Positions 28,988 to 38,474 of a DNA stretch of 64,000 bases are shown piece by piece; positions within the stretch are counted from its first letter, which is position 1, and each line of letters starts with the position of its first letter. A model generated the notes under the pieces. That model was not told the DNA's origin, ran no database searches, and was given only the letters and a program-made list of their open reading frames with translations. The stretch is from an uncultured Clostridia bacterium (GTDB lineage Bacteria > Bacillota > Clostridia > TANB77 > CAG-508), in NCBI GenBank assembly GCA_963559065.1, contig CAUWIY010000008.1:17012-81011 (forward strand), given 5' to 3'. Made by a program: the position numbers and the translations under genes.

Positions 28988-30238
28988 ATGGACGAAAACA
29001 AAAATCAAGATACTAAATTTACAGCTATACCAGTTACTGGTAAAACATCTTATGAAAAAAAAGAAAAAAATAAATCTGGATTTGGAAAAACAATACTTCT
29101 ACCATTTTTTAGTGGAGTTGTTGGGTGTTCAGTTGTAATTGGAACATGTTTTGGTGTTCCTTCTATTAAGAATAAATTAGTTGGAAACTCTACATCTAAT
29201 ATTAGTACTTCTAATAATAACTCTACATCTTCAAATGGATATGTAGATCAAATTTCATTAAGTAAATTTTCTGATACAGCAGTATATGCTGCAAATAAAA
29301 TTTTACCATCTATTGTTGGAATAAAAATTGAATATGCTGTTAATACAACTTCTATTTTTGGTAAAACAGCTTCATCTACTGCAACTGCTTCTGGTTCTGG
29401 TATTATTATTAGTGATGATGGTTATATCTTAACTAATAATCATGTTGTCTCTTCAAATACTTCTGAGTCAAATTCTTATTATCAAATTACAGAGGCAACA
29501 AAAATAACTGTTTCACTATTTAATGATGAAACAGAATATGAAGCTAAAATTATAGGTCAAGATGAACAAACTGATTTAGCTGTTATCAAAATTGATAAAA
29601 CTGGTTTAACTAAAGCTGAATTTGCTGATTCTGATAGTGTAAAAGTTGGCGAATTTGCAATGGCTGTTGGAAATCCAGTAAATATGACTAGTACTGTTAC
29701 AACTGGTATTGTAAGTGCTGTTAATCGTAAAATAACAGATTCTGATGGAAAAACATATACATGTATTCAAACTGATGCTGCTATAAATTCAGGTAATAGT
29801 GGTGGTGCTTTAGTTAATAGTGAAGGAAAAGTTATTGGTATTAATACATTAAAACTTTCTGGTACAGGAATTGAAGGTATTGGTTTTGCTATTCCAATTA
29901 ATTCTACTACAGATATTACTTCACAATTAATCCAATATAGTAAAGTTAAAAGACCTTATATTGGAATTTCTGGTATGAGTCTAAATGAAGAAACTGCAAA
30001 AGCTAATAATTTAGTAATTGGTGTTTATGTAAAATCAGTTGATGATTTCTCTGCAGCAGAAAAAGCTGGCTTAAAACCTGGAGATGTTATAATTGAAGCT
30101 GAAGGTAAAAAAATAACTACTATGGAAGAATTAAATGAGATTAAAAATACTCATCAGATAGGTGACCAACTAAGAATTAAGGTTAATCGTGAAGGTAAAG
30201 AAAAAGATTTAACTATAACATTAGGAGAACAACCTTAA
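28988..30238 (+). CDS. htrA: HtrA/DegP serine protease with PDZ domain
   Basis: TM anchor, TNNHVV, DLAVIK, AAINSGNSGG, C-terminal PDZ. Confidence 0.95.
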   Translation: MDENKNQDTKFTAIPVTGKTSYEKKEKNKSGFGKTILLPFFSGVVGCSVVIGTCFGVPSIKNKLVGNSTSNISTSNNNSTSSNGYVDQISLSKFSDTAVYAANKILPSIVGIKIEYAVNTTSIFGKTASSTATASGSGIIISDDGYILTNNHVVSSNTSESNSYYQITEATKITVSLFNDETEYEAKIIGQDEQTDLAVIKIDKTGLTKAEFADSDSVKVGEFAMAVGNPVNMTSTVTTGIVSAVNRKITDSDGKTYTCIQTDAAINSGNSGGALVNSEGKVIGINTLKLSGTGIEGIGFAIPINSTTDITSQLIQYSKVKRPYIGISGMSLNEETAKANNLVIGVYVKSVDDFSAAEKAGLKPGDVIIEAEGKKITTMEELNEIKNTHQIGDQLRIKVNREGKEKDLTITLGEQP

Positions 30239-30310
30239 TAAAAAAATAATAAGACAGAACTTTCACTTTTAGTTCACAAAAAGGACAAAATTCTAAATTA
30301 TAATATCATC

Positions 30311-30405
30311 ATAGTCAGAAAGGAAATATTTCATCTGACTTGATTATAAAAACATCCCCTTTTATTTTCAAAAAAGAAACCTTACATGATATAAGGCTTC
30401 TTTTT
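30311..30405 (+). ncRNA. Candidate small RNA (5' hairpin, C/U-rich anti-SD linker, terminator)
   Basis: TATAAT at 30299 behind TTCACT-N5-TTCACA; stem AGTCAGA/TCTGACT; single-stranded AACATCCCCTTTT; terminator GAAACCTTA/TAAGGCTTC-T7. Confidence 0.55.
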
Positions 30406-31254
30406 TTATATTACAATAATATCAATCACGCTTGTATTTTCATTGTTTCCATATGGGTATATAATATATAAGTTTTTGTTTTTTATAAAGAATTCATTAG
30501 AATTTTCTATTTTATATGTTTCATCTTGCATTTTTCTTTTGTATACATTATACCCTAAGTCTATCAGTTCTTGTGCTTTTTCATTTTCTTTTTTGATATC
30601 ACTATTTATTTTGTTTTGTACTTGTTTACTATCTAAGTTGTAAATTTTGATTATATCTTGTAAATTTAGTTCTTTGTTTGTTTCTAAATTGAAATTATAT
30701 GTTTTAAGTAATGTTCTTTGTGCTCCTGAGTTTTCTTTTAATTCAGCATATATCATTACTGATAATATATTGTTTTCAATATTAGCAGTATATTTTGTTG
30801 AATATACTGTTTTTACATTTTCATTTTGTAGTATTTGTTCTGCCTTTGCTTTAAATGTATTATTTATTTCATCGTTCCAGCTTTTTATTTTACTATTTTT
30901 AATATTTATATATGGTAATATTACATTAATTTCATGATTACTTGTTGTCACACTTTTTTCGTAATTTGTATAAATTATATCTTTTGTTTCATCTACTTTG
31001 CTTACATTAATATTGTTGTTATTTGTAAGTTTATTATCATATAAATTGTTAAAATTTGCTTTTAGACTTGCTTCTTCTTGCTCTGTTTTGTTTATAATTT
31101 TATCTATTTTAAAAATGCTATTTATTATATCTTTTCCTAGTATTTGGTTTCCTACGATTAATAATATTGCTAAAATACATGTAATAGTTGCAATACTATA
31201 AATAATGATTGTTCTTTTTTTCATTTTTTCTTTTTCTGGCAATATCACATTCAT
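30406..31254 (-). CDS. Membrane-anchored hypothetical protein (PdaC/RsiV DUF3298-4163-like)
   Basis: TM anchor; motifs LPYINIK, ILSVMI, TYNFNL, FFIKNKNLYIIYPYG. Confidence 0.6.
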   Translation of the reverse strand: MNVILPEKEKMKKRTIIIYSIATITCILAILLIVGNQILGKDIINSIFKIDKIINKTEQEEASLKANFNNLYDNKLTNNNNINVSKVDETKDIIYTNYEKSVTTSNHEINVILPYINIKNSKIKSWNDEINNTFKAKAEQILQNENVKTVYSTKYTANIENNILSVMIYAELKENSGAQRTLLKTYNFNLETNKELNLQDIIKIYNLDSKQVQNKINSDIKKENEKAQELIDLGYNVYKRKMQDETYKIENSNEFFIKNKNLYIIYPYGNNENTSVIDIIVI

Positions 31255-31299
31255 AATGTTATCACTCCTCTCTAGTTTAGAATTAAATTAATTTTATAA

Positions 31300-31737
31300 T
31301 TATTTTTCTAACATAATTGTTACAGGTCCATCATTTATAAGCTTTACTTGCATATCAGCTCCAAATATTCCTGTTTCTATGTCTTTTATTTCTTCACTAC
31401 ATTTTTTTATTATATATTCATAAAGTTCTTTTGCAAATTGTGGTTTTGCTGCATCTGTAAATGATGGTCTGTTTCCTTGAGTGCAATCTGCATATAGTGT
31501 AAATTGAGATACTAATAAAAGTTTTCCTTCTACATCTTTTATTCCTAAATTCATTTTACCATTTTTATCTTCGAATATTCTTAAATTTATTAATTTTTTT
31601 ATTAAATAATCAGCTATTTCTTTTGTGTCTGTATGACTTATTCCTATAAATACTAATAATCCTTTTTCTATTTCTCCTACTATATTTTGGTCTACTTCTA
31701 CTTGTGCTTTTTTTACTCTTTGAATTAAAAATTTCAT
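31300..31737 (-). CDS. dtd: D-aminoacyl-tRNA deacylase
   Basis: LIQRV, LRIFED, SQFTL, NDGPVT; start MKFLIQ behind a GGGG RBS. Confidence 0.95.
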   Translation of the reverse strand: MKFLIQRVKKAQVEVDQNIVGEIEKGLLVFIGISHTDTKEIADYLIKKLINLRIFEDKNGKMNLGIKDVEGKLLLVSQFTLYADCTQGNRPSFTDAAKPQFAKELYEYIIKKCSEEIKDIETGIFGADMQVKLINDGPVTIMLEK

Positions 31738-31887
31738 TTTATTTTTCCCTTCCAAATTGTAAATTTATCTAATATTGATATTTTAATTTTATTTGCTTTT
31801 GTTTTTTATAACATATTTTTATATTTTTTACAATACTTTATAAAAACGACAGATACGATATATCTCGTTCTGCCGTTTTCTTGTTTT

Positions 31888-32247
31888 TCAGGATATTTGT
31901 TTCTTATTCTGGAAAATTTTGTCTATCTGATTTATGTCTCCAAAAACCATGCAAAGTACTGTCATTTTCCACATGTCTTCGATAAGATAATCTGAACATT
32001 TTCTTTTTACAAAAATGTCTTGTATGTCGGAGCGAATTTGCTCTGTTAATTTGTTCTTTCCAAGAAATTCTTCTAATTCGCTGAACCGATATTCTTTTCC
32101 AGTGTCTGTTACCATCATGTAGAAATTACCTACATCTGTGACAACGTAATTTCCAAACCGGTATGAACTTCCCAATTTGTTTTCGGAAAGCACGTTAGCC
32201 AGTTCTTTGAAGAAATCACTCCAAATTGTTATAGTATTGTTCTTCAT
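31888..32247 (-). CDS. Orphan hypothetical protein (119 aa), self-contained transcription unit
   Basis: AGGAGG RBS; TTGCAA-17-TATAAT promoter (32292-32320); terminator at 31842-31879; atypical codons including 2x CGG. Confidence 0.75.
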   Translation of the reverse strand: MKNNTITIWSDFFKELANVLSENKLGSSYRFGNYVVTDVGNFYMMVTDTGKEYRFSELEEFLGKNKLTEQIRSDIQDIFVKRKCSDYLIEDMWKMTVLCMVFGDINQIDKIFQNKKQIS

Positions 32248-32326
32248 GCTTTTTCCTCCTGAAATTGTTAAAATTAATCAAGTTCATTCTTATTATACTA
32301 TACTTTACATAATTTTGCAACTTTTG

Positions 32327-32383
32327 TTTTAATTATATGTGGCTTGTACTTTTTATAATTAATTATGTTTTTATTTTTATAAT
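32327..32383. repeat. ~57-bp duplicate of the Ca-ATPase upstream (sigE-like promoter) region
   Basis: TTTTAATTATATGTGGCTTGTACTTTTT-ATAA.TAATT.TGTTTTTATTTTTAT, also present at 61243-61300. Confidence 0.8.
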
Positions 32384-32491
32384 TACCAAAAATATTTTAA
32401 TAACTTATCTAAATCCTTATTTACAAAGAAAAATCAATATTTAATCCATAAAAACGCTTGAAAACTCAAGCGTTTTTGTGTTTTTTAACCT

Positions 32492-33208
32492 TTATTCCAT
32501 TACTTCTATTGCAGTACTTCCATCAACTCCATTTAAATTATAGTAAGTGTTTGGTATATTGCCTATGATTACATTTTCAATTAATAATACCTGATTACTT
32601 ATATTTACTGTTATATTTTCAAATGATGTTAAAACTTTTACTTGACAATTCACTTGTAAGTACACCCTGTGTAATGTTTGATTAATTCCTTGTGATTTGA
32701 ATTCACTTCTTAAGTCTGTCTCTACATTTCCAGTTGTGGATATTGTCAACTTTATTCTTGGACCTTCTCCTGATAAAAATTTTATTCCTGTTAGACTTCC
32801 TACTGGTATTGATATATTTTCTTTTCCTTTGTTATCTATTTCATTTTGTATTTTTACTGCGACATCAGAAATAATTTCATTAATTGGATTTACATTTGCT
32901 TTTATCATTTTTATATTTCCATCTTTGTCTTTTTCAATTGTAAATAATTCTTCATATTTATGTTCTCTCATTACATTTGTTGCTTGTTCATTTGATACTA
33001 TTGTTGCTATAGATTTCGCTTTTTCTTCACAAAGTGTTTCAAAAACTGGCAAAACTGCTTCTAATATTGTTTTTATAGTTATTGTTGCTATTAATATCAC
33101 TATTATTATTTTTATTAATTTTTGCTGTTTTTTTATTTTTTCGTTTCCTCTATTTGATAAAAATATTTGAGGAATTTTAATTCTAGGTCTTGAATAAATT
33201 TTACTCAT
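32492..33208 (-). CDS. yunB: Sporulation protein YunB
   Basis: IPVGSLTG...GPRI and SEFKSQGINQTLHRVYL motifs. Confidence 0.9.
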   Translation of the reverse strand: MSKIYSRPRIKIPQIFLSNRGNEKIKKQQKLIKIIIVILIATITIKTILEAVLPVFETLCEEKAKSIATIVSNEQATNVMREHKYEELFTIEKDKDGNIKMIKANVNPINEIISDVAVKIQNEIDNKGKENISIPVGSLTGIKFLSGEGPRIKLTISTTGNVETDLRSEFKSQGINQTLHRVYLQVNCQVKVLTSFENITVNISNQVLLIENVIIGNIPNTYYNLNGVDGSTAIEVME

Positions 33209-34748
33209 AACTTTGTTCTGATATTCTTGTATATTTAGGAATAAATAGCTTTTGTCCTGGGAAAATTAAATTTTTATCTTCTATTCCATTAACTCTTACA
33301 ATTCCATCTATTGTGCTACCAAATTGTTTAGCAATTTTCCATAATGTATCGTCTTTTTTTACTATATACATTATTATGCTATAATCTTGTTCTTCTCTTT
33401 CTCCATCTTCTTGTATGCTATCTATCATATTGATATTTGCTGTACGATACATATTTGTGTTTGTTTCCATGTCTATATTACAATTTATATCTCCTCCATC
33501 TTGAATAATAAAATCTTTTGTTTTTATTGCTAAATAATTATTTGTATTTAATGTTTCTCCATTTTGTAAATTTTCTACTGTATATTCAAATGGTATTTTA
33601 GTTTCTTTAATATTCACTTGCATTTTTGTGTTTACAAAAATAAATCTTAAATTCAATTCTCCTTCATATAAAATTTTTGTATTAATTTTGTTTTCATTTA
33701 TTATTTCTGGAATAACATCTACATCTATTAAATTTTCATTTTCAATATCCTTTAGGTTAATTTTTTCTCTTATTTGTTTTATATTTTTTATACACTGTTT
33801 TTCAGTCATTGTTGATATTTGTCTTGTTTCAAAGTTAAGGTTTGTAGTTGGGCTGTATATATCTTGTATTAGATTAATTTGCTTTACTTCATAAGCACTA
33901 CATTTTACTTGTATTTCCATTTCTACATAAATAGAGTGTTCTTCTTGTGAATTAGGTTTTATAATTAGATTTCTTATTTCGTAATTTACATCACATAAAT
34001 TTTCTTCTGTTACATCTTGAATGTCGATAAATCCTACTACTGGTATTTTGTATGTTGCATTGTTTATTCTATTATCTTCTGTTAAATACATGAATCTTAT
34101 TTCCGCTTCTGCTTTTGTTAATACTTTGTTATAACTTATCTTTATATCTCTGTCTACTAAATTAATTTCTGATTTTAGAATTTCAGCCAAATTATCTATA
34201 TTGTCAATTGGTATATTATCTTTCGTATAAATCTTTGTCTCTCCTGACCCCACTAAAGAATTTACTGTTAAGTCTTCTTTTAAAACTTGTATATTATCTG
34301 TATTTTCCATTTCGTTTATTATTTCTACTTCTTCCATAGAATATATTTTGACATTTACTTCCAAAGTTGCTTTTATACTAATTTTTCTTCCGTTTAATAC
34401 TTTTGCTTCAATCGATTTTATTTTTACATCGGTTATGTCTTCCATTCCTTCTTTACAATTTTGGATTCCTATGTTTTCAGAAAAATCTAAATTTGCATTT
34501 AATCCTCTTACATTATCTTCTGCTCCATCTGGCATATACATTATATATGTGTTAATTGTGCCATCTATACGAAGTTTTTCTTCTTGTACTTCTTTTTTAT
34601 AAATTGATACAACACCACTTGTACAAATTGTATTTAAAATATCTGGTTTTGAATCTGGAACAATCATATCTCCTTCTGCAAATAAAATTTCTCTTTTTTC
34701 TGCTACTAATTTATTTATGCTTAATTTTTCTTTTTGTGTTTCTATCAT
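33201..34748 (-). CDS. sipL: SPOCS (DUF3794) x3 + LysM spore coat morphogenetic protein, SipL-like
   Basis: DMIVPDSKPDI SPOCS start; C-terminal LysM YIVKKDDTLWKIAK...IFPGQKLFIP. Confidence 0.85.
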   Translation of the reverse strand: MIETQKEKLSINKLVAEKREILFAEGDMIVPDSKPDILNTICTSGVVSIYKKEVQEEKLRIDGTINTYIMYMPDGAEDNVRGLNANLDFSENIGIQNCKEGMEDITDVKIKSIEAKVLNGRKISIKATLEVNVKIYSMEEVEIINEMENTDNIQVLKEDLTVNSLVGSGETKIYTKDNIPIDNIDNLAEILKSEINLVDRDIKISYNKVLTKAEAEIRFMYLTEDNRINNATYKIPVVGFIDIQDVTEENLCDVNYEIRNLIIKPNSQEEHSIYVEMEIQVKCSAYEVKQINLIQDIYSPTTNLNFETRQISTMTEKQCIKNIKQIREKINLKDIENENLIDVDVIPEIINENKINTKILYEGELNLRFIFVNTKMQVNIKETKIPFEYTVENLQNGETLNTNNYLAIKTKDFIIQDGGDINCNIDMETNTNMYRTANINMIDSIQEDGEREEQDYSIIMYIVKKDDTLWKIAKQFGSTIDGIVRVNGIEDKNLIFPGQKLFIPKYTRISEQSYE

Positions 34749-34870
34749 TTTTTACCTCCTCAATATTTTTCTTTATAAATTTATATGTCCATTTTTTTAA
34801 ATTATTCTATTTTATTTATTATAAAATCTATTTTCTTTGCAGTAATATATTGATTTGGTTTTTATTTATT

Positions 34871-35116
34871 TTAATTTTTAGTTGGTGTTATGATTATATT
34901 AATATTCGGATCGTATTTATATTGATTTGTTATTTTTTCTGAAAAGCTGGCTAATTCGTTTGGTATAATTATTGTTGTATATTCTTTGTTTTTCAATTCA
35001 TCTATTTTAGAGTCTATTTTTTCTGGTTCTTCTATTTTATTTATTTCTATTCCTAAAATATGTGGTAGTCTATATTGTTTACTATCGTTTTTATATTGGA
35101 TAAATATAGTTTTCAT
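34871..35116 (-). CDS. Small protein resembling V/A-ATPase subunit F
   Basis: 81 aa with an alpha/beta pattern (Y.L...LG....E......I.EL...Y..III...LA); no other ATPase subunit nearby. Confidence 0.5.
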   Translation of the reverse strand: MKTIFIQYKNDSKQYRLPHILGIEINKIEEPEKIDSKIDELKNKEYTTIIIPNELASFSEKITNQYKYDPNINIIITPTKN

Positions 35117-35320
35117 TTGTTTTCCTCGTATAATATGAATATCTTTATTATACGAATTCCTCCTTTCTTTGAAATTTGTGATAATATTAATGTTTAGAGT
35201 CTAATTTTCCAGTTTACATTGAATACTGTTTTTTATTATTTTATCTTTCTATTGCTTGATTTATTCACTTTTTTGTGTTATACTTATTTAGCAATTTTTT
35301 CTTTACGAAAGGAGATTTAT

Positions 35321-35479
35321 ATGCTTAAATATCTCGAAAAGATTGAAAAACGGTTAAAGGAAGATTATACTATTCTTTCTTATCTTATTTTAACCTGGTT
35401 TTATCAAGATGAATGGGAACTTGCTAAAGCAATTGTTGCTAATGGTAAGAAAAAAGCTAAGCACAAGCACACCCGCTAG
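35321..35479 (+). CDS. Orphan small protein (52 aa), self-contained transcription unit
   Basis: MLKYLEKIEKRLKEDY...; GAAAGGAG RBS; TTGATT-17-TATACT promoter (35256-35284); terminator AAGCACACCC-GCTA-GGGTGTGCTT-T overlapping the stop. Confidence 0.7.
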   Translation: MLKYLEKIEKRLKEDYTILSYLILTWFYQDEWELAKAIVANGKKKAKHKHTR

Positions 35480-35490
35480 GGTGTGCTTTT

Positions 35491-35905
35491 TTTCGTTTTC
35501 TTCATTACTTGTTATGCTATGATTTTATAATACATAATATATGCTTGAATGTTATGCGTTTTAAAATTTGTTATTGCTTATCTTGAGTAATGTTCATGGA
35601 TACAATGAATATATTTATATTTTTATAACTTTTCGAATGTGATTGTAGCAATACTAGAAATTTTTAAATAATTTTATGGAAAGAGTTCACTTTTAGTGGA
35701 AGGGCACTATAAAATTATTTTAGAATTTCTTATGTTGTGTATTGAACCGAGAAAATTATCAAAATATAACTATATTCAGTGTATGCTTGAGTGAAAAAGC
35801 TTTAAGCTAAACAATTACAAATTTTTAACGAATGCAATGAACAAATATATTATGTATTATAAAATCATAGCATAACAGGTAAAGCAAAAAAACCGAAACT
35901 TAAAT
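35491..35905. repeat. ~410-bp nested imperfect palindrome, copy 2 (core 35624-35760 inverted relative to copy 1)
   Basis: Outer arms colinear with 15719-16131; the 137-bp core matches the reverse complement of 15858-15994. Confidence 0.9.
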
Positions 35906-35988
35906 TTCAAAAATGCTTGCATAATAAGAAAATTTGTGTTAAAATAAGTAATGTTATAGTGTAATATAGACTAAAAGGAGGTGCAAAC

Positions 35989-36255
35989 ATGCCAAACATT
36001 AAATCAGCTAAGAAAAGAGTTAAAGTAATTGAAAAGAAAACTTTAAGAAATAATATGATAAAATCTGCTTATAAAACAGCAATTAAAAAATTCGAACAAG
36101 CTATAGAAGCTGGAAATATGGATGAAGCTAAAACTTTATTCTCAGAAGCTACTAAAAAAATTGATCAAGCTTGTACAAAAGGTGTTATTGTTAAAAACAC
36201 AGCTGCTAGAAAAAAATCTAGTTTATCTAAAAAATTAAATGCAGCTATGGCTTAG
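35989..36255 (+). CDS. rpsT: 30S ribosomal protein S20
   Basis: [10 protein letters not shown]...[15 protein letters not shown]-17-TAAAAT promoter. Confidence 0.98.
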   Translation: MPNIKSAKKRVKVIEKKTLRNNMIKSAYKTAIKKFEQAIEAGNMDEAKTLFSEATKKIDQACTKGVIVKNTAARKKSSLSKKLNAAMA

Positions 36256-36525
36256 TACAAAATAAAAATTATGCATAGTTTTTATTAATAGAAAAGAATT
36301 TTTAAAATTTTAATGAATCAAAAAATGTTTAACATTTGTGATAAACTTTAATTTTAGAAATTCTTTTTATTTTTTATTTATTCTTCTATTATTTTATTTT
36401 TATATTTATTTATATCTAAATAATATATTGGCACATTTCTTTGTTTAAATTTCTACACTTTCTGGTTTTAATTTCCATTGATGTTTGTTTTCACTGGTGT
36501 TATTATTATTTATAGGTGATGAGTT

Positions 36526-36777
36526 ATGTTTAATAAAATTATTACTGCTTTTAAAGGTTTGGATAAGCTAACAAAATTAATTATAAATAATGGATTAATT
36601 TTTTGTGCTATTATTTGCTTAATTTCTATTATTCTTCTTGTTACATATAATTTTTCTTTTACTTTGCCTATTCTTTTTTCTGCAGGGTTGGTGTTATTTA
36701 GATTGAGTTTGATTTTTGGAATAGAATTTATTATTTGTGGTTTTGTTGTTGATGGAATAAAAAAACAAATGATATAA
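36526..36777 (+). CDS. Small two-TM hypothetical membrane protein
   Basis: AGGTGA RBS; 83 aa with two hydrophobic helices. Confidence 0.6.
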   Translation: MFNKIITAFKGLDKLTKLIINNGLIFCAIICLISIILLVTYNFSFTLPILFSAGLVLFRLSLIFGIEFIICGFVVDGIKKQMI

Positions 36778-36917
36778 TTGTTTATCAAAATTACATTGTG
36801 TAGAAACTCTCTTTGAAATTTTCACACATTAATAAATAGGGGCATGTAAGCAAACTAAAATGTTATGCTTTTTATATCATGCCCCTTTTATCATTTTTAT
36901 TTCTTAATTTTTTAATT

Positions 36918-38354
36918 TTATTTTTTTAATTCAGTTAAAAACATTTCATTTAGCATTTTTGGATTTGCTTTTCCTTTTGTTTCTTTCATAGCTTGACCTA
37001 CTAAAAATCCTAAAGCTCTATCTTTTCCAGCCTTAAAGTCTGCAATTGATTGTGGATTTGCTTCTAAAATTTTTAATACTATTTCTTTTATTTCTCCTTC
37101 GTCTGATATTTGTATCCAACCTTTTTCTTTTATTATTTCTTCTGGATCTCTTGGATTTTCAAATAATTCTTCTAATACTTTTTTACCTATACTTGAACTA
37201 ATTGTTCCTTTGTCTATTAAAATAACTAATTTTCCTAATTGTTGTCCATTAAAAGGTATTGTATTTGCTTCTGTTTCTGTTTCATTCAAAATTCTTGAAA
37301 TATCAGATATAATCCAGTTATTTACTGCTTTTGGATTATTGCATACTTTTATTGCTTCTTCAAATAAATCTGATAAATATTTAGATGATGTTATAATATT
37401 TGCATCTTTTTCAGATAGCTCATATTCTTTTAAATATCTTTCTTTTCTGCTTTCAGGCAATTCTGGCAAACTATTTTTGATATTCTCAATATATTCCTCT
37501 GAAAGTTTAATTTCTACTAAATCAGGTTCTGGAAAATATCTATAATCTTCTGCCTCTTCTTTATCCCTCATTGAAAATGTTTTTCCTGATACATCATCCC
37601 ATCTTAATGTCTCTTGTTCTATTTTTCCGCCATTTTCTATTACATCAATTTGTCTTTCAATTTCATATTCAATTGCTCTTGTAATGCTCCTAAATGAATT
37701 CATATTTTTCATTTCTGTACGTGTTCCAAAAGGTGTTCCTGGCTTATGAACAGATACATTGACATCAGCCCTTAAAGAACCTTCTTGCATTTTACAATCT
37801 GATACTTCAATATATTCTAATATTGATTTTAATTTTCTCATATATGCTTCTACTTCTTCAGTACTTCTTAAGTCTGGCTCAGAAACTATTTCTATTAATG
37901 GCACTCCAGCTCTATTTAAGTCAAGCAAGCTTCCTCCACCCAAATCATCATGATTTAATTTTCCTGCATCCTCTTCTATATGAATTCTTAAAATTCTAAT
38001 TTTCTTTTTTCCTTCTTTTGTATCTATTTCTACATACCCATGTTCACAAAGTGGTTTATCAAATTGAGATATTTGATAAGACTTTGGTAAATCTGGGTAA
38101 AAATAATTTTTTCTATCATTTTTACTATCTCTTGATATTTCACAATTTGTAGCAAGCCCAGCTTTCACTGCATATTCTACTACTTTCTCATTTAAAACAG
38201 GAAGAGTTCCTGGCATCGCCATACAAATTGGACAAACATGTGTATTAGGTGCTGCACCAAACTCTGTTGGACAAGAACAAAAAATCTTTGTTTTTGTTGA
38301 CAACTCTGCATGCACTTCTAGTCCTATTATAACTTCATAATCACTTTTTGACAT
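36918..38354 (-). CDS. gatB: Asp/Glu-tRNA amidotransferase subunit B
   Basis: IGLEVHAEL, DRKNYFYPDLPK, YRYFPEPDL; true start MSKSDY at 38354 (AGGAGG RBS). Confidence 0.97.
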   Translation of the reverse strand: MSKSDYEVIIGLEVHAELSTKTKIFCSCPTEFGAAPNTHVCPICMAMPGTLPVLNEKVVEYAVKAGLATNCEISRDSKNDRKNYFYPDLPKSYQISQFDKPLCEHGYVEIDTKEGKKKIRILRIHIEEDAGKLNHDDLGGGSLLDLNRAGVPLIEIVSEPDLRSTEEVEAYMRKLKSILEYIEVSDCKMQEGSLRADVNVSVHKPGTPFGTRTEMKNMNSFRSITRAIEYEIERQIDVIENGGKIEQETLRWDDVSGKTFSMRDKEEAEDYRYFPEPDLVEIKLSEEYIENIKNSLPELPESRKERYLKEYELSEKDANIITSSKYLSDLFEEAIKVCNNPKAVNNWIISDISRILNETETEANTIPFNGQQLGKLVILIDKGTISSSIGKKVLEELFENPRDPEEIIKEKGWIQISDEGEIKEIVLKILEANPQSIADFKAGKDRALGFLVGQAMKETKGKANPKMLNEMFLTELKK

Positions 38355-38474
38355 TTTTTCCTCCTTTTGGTCCTTTTGGGACAGTCTTAATTTGTTCCAC
38401 TTTTTCTGTTGTATTTTGTCGTTTTTTATCATTTTTTTTGTTTTAATTTTTATTCTACTTTTCGACAATTTTCA

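Noticed and set aside
36510..36788. Minus-strand 92-aa ORF
   Set aside because: Antisense to the plus-strand 83-aa membrane ORF, which has the RBS and the coherent TM pattern.
38355..38468. N-terminal extensions of GatB (likewise GatA, PpaC, MetA, Dtd, HslO)
   Set aside because: Longest-ORF artefacts; SD sequences and family-typical starts lie downstream.
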